From the NCBI GenBank assembly GCA_002633005.1, contig NMRA01000765.1, positions 101,257-159,240 of the forward strand: DNA of 57,984 nucleotides, read 5' to 3'. A program made the translations under genes and the position numbers. How positions within the stretch are numbered: the stretch's first letter is position 1; each line of letters opens with the position of its first letter. This stretch comes from Phoronis australis (taxonomy: Eukaryota > Animalia > Phoronida). The notes beneath the pieces were generated by a model. The model saw only the letters and a list, made by a program, of their open reading frames with translations, was not told the origin of the DNA and ran no database searches. Below, in pieces: positions 14,201-26,200 of this stretch.

Positions 14201-17200
14201 TAGTATTCTTCTTACGCAGGACCACAAATCCTTTGTTAAGCTTTGTTTAGCAGTCCACTTGGGACAGAAGGATTCACAACTTTCACTGACCCTNCAATGT
14301 CAGGTACCGTAGAGGTGTCTTCAGCCTTTTTGGAGAACACAATAACTTAAAAAAATAAAAGAAGACTTATAGCTAAAACCAATAGTCATCTTATCTCAAT
14401 GAGCCAACTTATTCACAGGTCATGTTTTAGTCAATCCAAAGTGCCGTAACTAATCCTCTTCATCGGAGTCGGAATCTTCACTCCATAGTTCCTCTCCGGA
14501 ATCTACCAGATCTTCAGGCGAACTAACTCTAGTGATGGTTTGTTCATTCCCGTGTTTACTTTTGTTGACTTCTGCATTCGAACTGAACAAAATGTCAGGG
14601 GGAATAAACCCCTCAAACCAAGGTAGCAGTAACGTGTGAGTTTCAGTTGCATGCCAGCCATAATCAGTTGGTTTCAGTCCATCCCCAGGATATGCTGTCG
14701 CGGCACGGGTCCATAGTTCTGTGACGTACTGAGTTCGGCGAATCTTCATCTGCAGGCTACGAAGACAACTGGGAGCAACACGAAGCCAATTCGTTTTGCA
14801 TTTGCAAGTGGGTTCTAAATTTAAAAAATATAACCATAGGGGACTTTGATGGTAGCTATGTATTATCAGATCGAATAATTATATTGTTTACAGGTTATCA
14901 CTACATACCGCAACAACTTTGCCAGTAGTGTCCATAAGTATGACCAAGAGGCCCTCGTTAACATTTTTTACCTTGCTTTTTGCGTACATGTGATACACGA
15001 ATTCAGTGAAAAACCAAAATCGATGCTGTCATGCACATCTCCAAAAGTAGCGAACATATTGGTGAGCTTTTCATTACTTTCAGCTGCTGTCCAAGTGTCA
15101 TTCAAGATTACTAAAACATTTGTATCTGAAGCGCTCACTATGATATGGCCGACAGGGATGTTTGCGACGTGGAACGCAATCAACGTGTTCGCTTCCTCGT
15201 GGTCGTCTTGAAGATGGTCAGGTTTTGTGTCCATGATGTGCTGGTTATCGTCGGGAAAGAACTGGTAGCAGTCACCACCGTGGGCAACAAACGAGGAGTC
15301 CCACCAAACATATACCAGTTCATTCTTGAACAAGGTGTTGCTATGAAGTGTCTATGAGCTCTGTCGCATAGTTTGACCAAGCACTGTCATGGTATACATG
15401 GAATTACGTTTGCTGTGTTGTTCCCGTTCACTGTCCTTAATTGACTTTTCAACATACTTGTCTTCAAACAGACCACTGATAACATCGATCGGGCAACTGA
15501 TCCGTAAGTTACGCCTACTTCCCGTTTGGAGTGTGGCAAAACTGAATGTAGAAGAAATCCGCCATCACAAATCGTCACGTAGCCTTACAGAAAGTCTTCT
15601 TCTGTTATAGGTTCTGTCTGGAACAATTCAATTTTTTTCAACAAAGTAGACTTTTCGGGTTTGACGAGCGCTCCATCGCAATGAGCGAGTGATAACGGAT
15701 AAGGTACTGTGACTGGATGTGAGAGAAATTTTTGGAGATCGATGTCTGTTCTCTCTGCTACAACTACGATTATGTGTATGCACAAATCTATAAGGCTCTC
15801 TGCGGTTGTCGTGATCTGTGAGGCCGATGACTTGGTTTTCTTTTTCACGTATCAGCAGCGAAATTTTCGACAACTGTACGTTTCACTAGTCGCACTAACC
15901 TATTTGCTGTCGTTTTCCCATTCGTGTCGGAATTTTTTTCTCACATCATAGCCTCGGATCAGCGCATTAACCAGATAGTCTTCCGTCGCTTGGGATGCTG
16001 CCTGGCCAGTTACGATGTTAACCAGACCGGGTGGAGCATCGTTCGTAAACGGATTGCATGAATCGGTTTTCACACTGAGTGATGGCATTTGTTCGTTATC
16101 TTTTTGATTATTGAAGGATTGAACTAACTCTTTGCATTCTACCCAATTCCAAGTCTTGCCATTGTCTTAAGCTCAGTTACAGCCACTGCCATTTGTGTCA
16201 TAGAGAGGGAAAATCAACGCATTGCGGAAAGCCACTATCCCCATCATGCTCGATGCTATCCCGGCTAACGGACTGTTCCAAAGAGAGGTCAGCAGCCGAT
16301 CTACTGAAGTTCTTCCTTGAACGTCGCACTGAGAACGTGCTGTTTTACAGCACTTCATAAAATGTTGGGTCTGCAAATGTCAACTTTTGGTAAAGCAATG
16401 TTCCCCAGTTGGAGTAGATTGGGCGGTTCAGGGCAAAGAATACATCTAGCATAGTCGGGAAAATGTTGATATAGCCACTGAAGTCATTGTTCTTGACGCA
16501 TCTCTAGAGTTCTCTGTAGGCTCGGTTTATGAGAAAGACGAAGATTGCCAAAAACTGACCAGTTTTGCCAAATTTGCCATTAATCACTGTGTGAAATGAA
16601 GGTAGATGGCGCGCAAACATAACGCAGGCGACAGCAAAAGACGGCATTTTGATTATTATTCCTTTTAGCAGTTGCATCAAATGACTCGTCCGAAAAGAAA
16701 GGGACGCAGTTTAGACTGGTAAAATAGGACAACGAAAATGGAAATTAGTGAAAACACAATGTGCTATCCGTCTTGGAGGGGTTTTTAGGTTTTGTTTTTA
16801 ATAGTGAATTATGTGGAGTATTCCGCTGCTTTCGCATGGACTTGTGAGGTCGCTCCAACCTCAGGCGCGATTTTTCTGGTTTTCATGCCCTGACATAAAC
16901 TTGCAGACAAAAATCTCACCTTGTGCGGTGACCTATGCCGTACAGACTTAGTGGCCCTATTGAAAATCGAAGTGCCTGGTTCCTGATTGTGATGCTTATT
17001 CAGTGTGAATGGGCTTATAATCTATTTTGTTTCGACTCTTTATTTGTCTGATGGAGGCATCTTACTGTTATGCCACGTGCAATGATGCTGAACACCGGGC
17101 AATTGGTTTCAAGCGGTTACCTGATGGGTTGATCTAGCTCAACTCAGGTACTTGGGCGTGTCTGGCGGGGATAACCCACCACTAGATTTGTCTGGCAGTG

Positions 17201-20200
17201 TTTATTCGTGATACCTTGGCTTACGGTGAATATTTTGGAACTGGTTTTAGGCGGTTACCTCTTGGGTTGATCTAGCTCAATTTTTAACCCTTTTTGATAA
17301 TCGTCTGGAAGGGGCACCTCACCACTGAAATTGTCTGGCATCTAACTGTTGTGCCATGTTCAGTGATGTTGAACATTGTGCAATTGGTTTCCAACTGTTA
17401 CCTGATGGGTTGATCTAGCTCAATTCAGGTATTTGGGCGTGTCTGGCGGGGGTAACCCACCACTAGATTTGTCTGGCAGTGTTCATTCGTGATACCTGGG
17501 CTTACGGTGAATATTTTGCGACTGGCTTCAAGCGGTTACCTCTTGGATTGATCTAGCTCAATTTTTGTACCCTGTATATGTTCGTCTGGCGGGTACTCTC
17601 CACCACTGAAATTGTCTGGCAGTGACCAGTTTTGATACAATGAATGATGTAGCAGGTATCGAAGGCAGTTTTAAGTGGTTACCAGAAAAGTTGATCTAGC
17701 TCAATTTTTGAGTGCAATTCTCTTGGCTCCCCTGACCACACCCACCAGAACGAACCTGCCAGACGGCCATTTCCAAGCATCAGGATACCCGCAGAGCACT
17801 GTGGCACCAAAGAAAATTGGTTACCTTTCCATGCCCAAAAAAGCTCTGGGATCCCGGTCTATTACTTGTATACTTGCAATTCACATTGCTAAACCACCGT
17901 CTCGGAGGCCCGGCGTCGTTGTGCTCATTGTGATCATTGATCTTTTTCTAAAAGTCAGGGAATCGCGCGTTTCCTTAGCACTGGGCGCTAAATCTTCATT
18001 CTTTAAAAGTCGGGGGTGGGCGCTTAAGCGAGAGGTGGGCGCTTAACTGGAAATCTTCAAAAATCGCAGGGGGGCACTTAACCGAGCAGTGGGCGGTTAA
18101 ATCGAAAATCCACCTAAAGTAGGGGGTGGGTGGTTAACTGAGCATGGGCGTTAACCCGAACGTTTACGGTAAGATGGATCTCATAAGCACTGTAGAGTAT
18201 TCAAGTCAAGTTGCCCCACTTTGTTGCTCAGGCAGGTTATATAACAGAGGTCGGGACATTAAATTGAAATACATTAAGAAACAGCATCAGTAATGCACGT
18301 CAGTTCTCTTTTCTTCCATTATAGTAGATAAAAGATTTTTTTAAAAAAAGCAAAAGTTCAATTTGATAATGACAAATGTAATTTTAATTATTCGCAGAGT
18401 CTAAAATGGGCAAGAAAGTATGTTGAGGTAGCGCATGCAAAACTGGGAACTTGTATTGACATATTCTATAGCTAAAGTGGAATCAAAACGCTATTGGACA
18501 CTGCTGTCTTAATTAAAAATGGCAACCGATTAAATATCACCATTATTGTCAAGGTTTACTTCGTGCCTTATCACAATAATTCTGTAATTCATGAAATTTA
18601 ATAACTATATGACAAAAACAAGTAGGAATTTCAAGAAAAAATATGACTCAAGAGTAGGAAACTGAAGGAATAGTCGCAACAAAGTTGGAAAACGTATTAC
18701 CATCGTAACCATTGGTAAGCCTGTGATAGTGCCATCAGAGATTAGTCCTACTTACCAACCACATTGTTCCCAAGCTGTGGGCCTCTGTAGCGACTGAGCT
18801 TCTCGGGAGGTATGATTCGTTTTTCCACAAGCTGGTCAGTGTTACGTCCCGAAGTCTTTATGGTCACCTTGTTCTTGAACACATTATGCTCCCATCCAAT
18901 CACCAAACGACCAAAAATGACAATATCCTCAGCCTCTAGTTTATGTTCTCCTGAGTCATCCAGCTCCAAGTTACCCTCAATCCTAAGAATTTTTATTTTA
19001 GGTAATGGTTCGTTTGGATACCGAACAACCCATTTGCCTGTGAAAAAGTCCAGAGTCATTTGCCAAACTCAGTGAGTAACAAATTGTCAGACAGCACATG
19101 CATGCCCCCAGCCTAAAATATAGAGGGGAGGCTCGAATTTTTTGGTATGTGGGTTTACTACTGAAAAAAGAAAATGAGAACTAAAAAAAACAGGTACTAA
19201 GTTCAGACCTATGAATTTCTGTGGTCTTTTGTCTCATTTTCTAGGACTTTTTGTTTCTCTGAGGCAGACCTTTTTACCCACTTCGTCAAATGGGCCCCCT
19301 GAGTCCCCCCTGGGTGCACGCATGCAGCACACAAAGTTATGCATCAAGAATTCTCAGCTCAAATCAACAGGAAATCTCAGGAGATAGCATCATTAGGGTA
19401 GTGCTTTATATTCAGAATGTCTGTATCAGCATAGTATTGGGAAATTAGACCTACTTTTAAATAGTGGTCTGTGATTTTTTACTTTCTCGACATATTGAGA
19501 TAACACTCACAACATCAGAGAACATGAGGATAAGGGACAAAAAAGATATCTTACAGAATCATACAGAAAGCATATTATGGCCTAAAGTTTTTGTCAGATT
19601 AATAAACAAAATGTATGTCATATTACTTTCTATTGGATTACTCTTACTAGTAACTTATTGAATTACTTCACTTTTCAACTCTGGTATTAACTTGAAGTGA
19701 TAGTTTCGCAAGGTAAGCCAACCCACAGCCTAATTTTTTGAAATTTCCCTTTAATTGTCCATATAATGCGCAAATGCTCAGCCACGATTTTCTTTAATTT
19801 CATTTCAAATGCCATTGGCTCCACTAAACGCCCTTCCCAACAACGCCACTTCAACAGGTTTTTTAAAGAATCTCCAGTGTCACTCTGATGATGCTCTTGT
19901 GTGTCATCTTCACGTCGAAGAGGCCCAAACATAAAACCAATATGATTAACCCGTCTCTGTGCCATTTTAGTTGGCCTGTTGATGTGTACTCGTGCCGTAA
20001 GTGACGAACAACTCTTGGTGCTGAACAGCCTCGGTGACGCCACGGAAAACAGCGCTCGCAGTGGGGCTTTACGGAACTAATAATTTAATATTCACATTTT
20101 TCGAAATAAAAAAATAAAATGAATACTGTGCATTATTTAAGAACGTCAGAAATCGACCTTATACTTTCAAAATTCATACTAAAATGCTGAAACATTTAAT

Positions 20201-23200
20201 ACAGGCCTATTTTAAAAGCACCCATACTGCTTTGTCTGCAACCTCTAACTAGTGACAATGATGTACATCACCAACACAGCATAATGACAAGCACACCGTG
20301 GCAGAAATTCACCAAACTAGGACCCTGACAATATGACCAACCGAATTTGTTTTATCACTGAAATTGGAATCATTGTCATTGGGTTTTACACAATAACGGT
20401 TGTTCAGCTTGTATTTAAGTGGTGTCAGATTTCAAGTTTACTTCATTGCTGTTAAAGATAAGATTCCTTTCGCTCTAAAATCCCAATGCATGTAGTATTA
20501 AATTTGATTGTTGGTGTCAAACAACTGTTCTGTAAGCGGTAAGTTGGGATGGGCGATTACTCAAGAACTGGGCGCTTAGGGGAAATTTGCACAAAGCAGA
20601 GGATGGTCAATTAGTCAAGCAGTGGGTGCTATAACCCCGAAAATTGACCAAAAGTCGGGGATGGGCGATAACACACCCATGGGCATTGAAGCGCAAGTTT
20701 ACGATATATTGGTGAGACAACTTGCCACTTGACTACAAGAATGAAGGCACACCTTAAGTTAGCGATAATAATTCACCTCTTTAAGACATTTAGAAAACAA
20801 TGCTGCTTGTAGAGGGGCTGCTGGGGAACACATTCATCTTTACGCTTATTGACAATGATACTAATCGCTATCACTTGAAACTGCATGAAACTATTCTCAT
20901 TCAGTGTTCAGAAACACTCTCACTCAATGCACAGGTATCTCTGAGTTGCTGACACTGTTACACTGAGTTGTGATTCGCTGGTTGCTACCAAATGCTGTAA
21001 GACTTGTCTAGTATTTTTGCATGTTTTGGAATTTTCTGTGTATTGTACCTATAGCCATCTTGGCATCCATTCTCTGAGCAAAGCTTGACAATTGTGGATG
21101 TTTATCCGCCCAAAATATGTCGCTACATTTTGGAACAGTTGTTGTCTTTATGTAGACTTTACTTGTGTTCAAGTTGGTCAGTGTGAGACCTTTGGTATTT
21201 TATCACTTTTTTCACAAAACAATGTAGCACACAATCAAGTTTTGTTCTACAGTTGCTGTCAAACAGTGGGCATTCACAACAATGGTGGAAGCCCTTGAAA
21301 ATGAAAAAGGGCATTTTTTGCAATATTTTTATTTGAAATGGGCGATATTTCACCGAAAATATTAAATCTAATATCGAAAAGCCTAAAATTGCGATCATGA
21401 TTTGTCATATGCTGCAGTTCAAGTCATCTTGAATAACTGACACACTTGATGGTTCAAGTTCAAGTATTAGCGAAAGCGTCTCTCCCTCACCAATACCAAC
21501 ATCTATCAGTGAACAGCCACACAAACTTGTAATCTTAAATATTCAAGGGCATATGTCAAAAGAAGAGTTTCTAAAAAATAATGCTACAGAGGCAAAGATA
21601 TTCATTATGTATTGATGATCTCTTGCAAATCTGATAGATTTGAGTGCTGCCATTAATCTGGCACCGCGCTTGGCAATGGTTGACAAGAGCAACAATGTCA
21701 TGACAACTCATGCCTTCCACTGCTGCGGTGCCCCTTGCTTTATGCTCTCAGAGTCACACACTTATGGCGTGATTTGACCTCTCGCGCCAAACAATGTGAA
21801 AGGATTCTATTAAAAGATGTATCTCAATAAAGGTGGAAGGTACAACAACAGCAATAACAACAACAACAACAACACCACAAAGCAACAAGAACCTTTTGGA
21901 ATAACCAGGTCATTATCATCAACGAATGGTCCATTCATTTTTTCCAAATCTGTGAATGAGATCGCACTGGAAGGTCGTTTTCTCAATGGCGGGAGGCTTC
22001 TGGGGTCCGGAGGAGGCTGGCAATTTGAATACCTACAGCCGTACGCTACGACGTCCACCATAACGAAAATAGGATATTCTGGCGTATACCAAGGGTCAGG
22101 TTTGCCAGAAACTGCAAAAAACATAGTAATGTCTTAACAATAGTGTTATGTGGTAGAAGGTATCGCCATTCTAAAATTACAGGACCTGAAGTTGTATACT
22201 CATTGAAACTAATCAACAGTGGCACAGAAACAACTAAATCAGATTCTGTGAAACAGAAAAGGACTTTCATGTCCAGATTTTATTAAAGTCTAAAAATTCA
22301 ACATTGCAGTGCAGCGTACACTGAAAATCACATTTGAGGAAGAGCTATTCAGTATCCATAGGGGGTCAGGACAAGAAAACCTTTGTTAAGCCATGTTTTC
22401 TAACACAACCCCTAATTGGAACAGTTGTATGACTAAGAGCAAATTCACAACAAAAAACTGCTTTCACTGACCTTGCATGTCAATTTCAAAGACCTATTTA
22501 TTGTGTGTGTCAACCACACTCATGACTTACAGATTTTAAGGCAGGTGGATACACAAAAAATTAAATTTGACTGTTTTTTTACATTTTTATGTCATCTTAA
22601 TCTTTAATTCTTGATGCACAGTATCCTGAAGAAAAATAAAATCATTCTGAAAATCCAAAGTAGTTTTTTAATTATATTTGACCAAGCTTCAGTAAGTCAT
22701 ATGGCTTGACTGATCACCAGCTTAATGACTGAAAAGTGGGGCGGAGCTTATACAAGGACACTAGTTCTATCCTGTAAACAAACATTGCGTAACGGCAATC
22801 GAGAGTGCTGTACCAGCTGACATAGATGTTGTAGCGAAACCAAGAATAAAATAATTCTATTTTTGACCATGTGAAAGTTGCTGGTGAAATGGTGAACTCC
22901 TGTTCCGAGCCTGAGCCTGTTTGTCATCTGCAAAAAAATTAAGCTGAGTACGCCAAGTCCTACCTCAGCTTGAGGAAAAACTGCAGCAATTGAGTGTGTG
23001 CAAGAGAAGTCGGAAAGGTGACGTGTCTTGCTAGAGGGAGCTGAGCATTGACGTGGGTGGTGTTGCACGATTCGATGACACTGCAGGCATGTGCTGTGAA
23101 GACAGGCAGCGCGTGCGAGACATGGACAACTACATGCCATCAGAGTAGAGTTATTGTGTTAGAAACGCGCCGTGGAGAAACTAAGCTGCCAAACTCAGTG

Positions 23201-26200
23201 GATTTTTTAACTTGCCGCCAGCCGTAACCCAAAGAATTAGAGTGTTCAACATAACAAAATTGTTCTAGTGCATGGATTCAAGGGTATCCCTGAATTAAAA
23301 CATGATATTATCATACGATTTCAGTGGAAAGCAAGATAAGAAATATTGGTAACTTGAGAATCTCACTCAAGCGACGCTATTTGTGCAGAAAGGGCAATTT
23401 CCTTATTCCAAAGTCCATTCGGTCAAAATGTTGGTGGTACAGACATGTGAAAATGCTGAACATTACGATGAAAGTAGTTCTCTATCCTCGTTGCCATGAA
23501 TACTGTTATGTAGAAAGTAACGCGGCGATTTGATATAACACATAATTATGTTGGTTGATGAAGAGACGGTAACTACATATAATATTGGAATACTAACAAA
23601 TAGGTCTATGTAATTAGAGAGTCTTTTAACACACTGAGTGGAGAGTTCAGATAAGTCGCATAAACAATCAACACATGGTTTTAATGATGTGTGGTCGGCA
23701 CACCAATACAGCAGACAACAGATCAACACTAAGCTCCGCCCACGTGACAGCCATATTTGTTTTGGTAAACAAACAGGTATGTCACATTTTCTAAACATGA
23801 AGTAAATATCAGCTTTATTTCCAGCACATCAACAAAAATTGGAACATAATGGCCAAGCATTCTGAATGAATTTTGACCTCAAGTGGCAATCGATGCCCGC
23901 TTAACTTCAAACTTAAGGCGTTTTTCTTGGCTGATGATTTCCGGGTAGTGATAAGATTCTCGGGTCTATTTTTCCACAACACTTGTGTCAATTTTTACGA
24001 AATTTGCAAATTTGAAATCCTCTAGGACTGAAGTAAAATCACGTGTCAGGGTTTTTTGATACATGGACCAGATTTTTAGTTACTAGTGACCAAATGACAG
24101 AAAGTGGCATGCTTGCCACAACTCACACGCAAAAATGCCACAATGTCAAGATCATAATGATTTTGTACATATATTTGGTATGGATAAGTAGAATATTACT
24201 AAGGAAAGAGTTGATGATAATCCCTGTGCATTTTGAAAAAAAAATGAGGCAAAATTGGATTTATCGAAAATTAAAAAATACGATATTTATAAAAACAAAG
24301 TACAGTAAGAACTTTTTTTTTTTGATTTTTGCCACGTTCAGAGTCATTTCTTACTAGCTAAAACCTCCTTTACACTTATTATAGATACGAACCAGGAGAT
24401 TTGACCCGTGTATACACCCACCTTAAAGGCAAAGACAACCTTTTTGCATGTTATTTTTAGCAAAAAATAAGATTCGTTGCTTATCCCAGACATATTTTCA
24501 AATTAATTACAGCTTTTCGTAATTTAATTAAATATTTGTTCTCTTCTCTGGAAGTGACCTTTTGGGAGACAAGAATTTCACACCAATTTCTTTTCATATA
24601 GTCCGACTATGAGAGCTGTCGATCTACCTCGGTTGGGATAAGTTCAGTCGTTGTTTGCTTTTGTTTACGAGTCAGTCAACATGCCACTCTGTTGCTGCGT
24701 ACTGGGATGTACTCATTATGGCCCACCAAAGCCTGTAAGCAGCCCTGCTGCGAAGTTGAGTAGTGGGAGTGAATACAGGTCCAATCAGTGAAGAGTTAAT
24801 TCATTTCGTCATTCAATGAACAGATCGGTGAGCCAAACTTTGATAAGTTTATTGTGGACATGTCTAAAGTATTGGAGCAATTGACCTATCGCAAGCTTCA
24901 CCCCCTTGCGTAATGTTGACTACGTAACAAACAATAAGTTTTACCTGGCAACGTGTTGTTTGTCGGGTAAAATGGCGGCTGGGATACCAAGGTGTGTCAA
25001 TAATGCTGCGTTCTAAATGGTCAGTTAAGCTGTCACTCAAAATCCTGGCAATAGGTCAATTTAGAAGGTGCCAGGTGTCTGGCGAGGGAGTCACACAGCG
25101 GAGTGTAAGCAGTTTGTGTGCTCAGCTCACTATCCAGTGGGAGTGTGTCGCGGTACACTCGGGCAAGAGGGACAGTTGTTCCTCTGTCCGTGAGACAATA
25201 ATGAGTACATCCCCGTGTGGAGCAACAGTGTGGCATGTTGACTGACTCGTAAACAATAGCAAACGACGACCGAACTTATCTCAACTGAGATAGAACAAAG
25301 ACTGACTCAGCAGCTCACGGTCAGACTACCCGGTATATGAAAATAAATAAGCGTGAAATGCTTGCCTCCCAAAATGTCACTTCCAGAGTAGAGAACGAAT
25401 AATCAATTAAATTACGAAACGCTGTAATTAAGTGGAAAATATGACTGAGATAACAAAAAAACTTACCTTTGCTAAACAAGACATGATAAAAGGATGCTGT
25501 TGCCTTTAAGATACTCTGCGGACCAGTTACCATCCCTCCAAGCCTAAAATGAACTATACCCAATGGCTGAAAGTGATACTGGCGAAAGGAAATTTTGAAA
25601 TTTTGCAAAAAATGTGTAGATGAAAAAACGACAACGCATTTTTATTCACATTTCAAAAAATCATTTTCACTTCAGATCTGAGAACAACAGCAAGGTGGAG
25701 CATTGAAATGGACGTACGATAGCTTCTACAGGACATTTAACTATCAAAAAAATGGCCATTAATTAATGGCACACAATGCATCAAACCAACCAAATTCAGA
25801 AGGCAGCATTGTCTCTGTAAAACACAAATTTTTTCCAAATTTCATGAAAATAAGCCAAGGAAGTCTTAAGACATAGAAGCAAACACAAAAAAACAATTGA
25901 CACTTGGGGGTACAGCTATAGTCCAATAGGTCTGAAACTCATTGTCACCTGTTGCCATCACTATAAAAGCCCATCTGCCAAATTCTGCAAAGACTCTTCA
26001 AAGGGTTAAGGAGATACAAAGTGACATAGATGCAAAAAAAGCAAAATTGTCGCTAAGGGGTGCCAAAATAGTCAAAAACATGTGAAAATCAACATCAGCC
26101 AGGGTCTTCCCATCAGGAACACAGTTTAGTTGTCAATTTTTATAATCGTCCTTTGAGCGGTTTGGCAGATAGAGAGGCAGACGTCAAAAGCATACGCACC

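Noticed and set aside
21817-22137. Plus-strand Asn-rich ORF and other antisense ORFs over exons (18812, 13743, 32997, 33405)
   Set aside because: Antisense shadows of real exons or of the CAA microsatellite.
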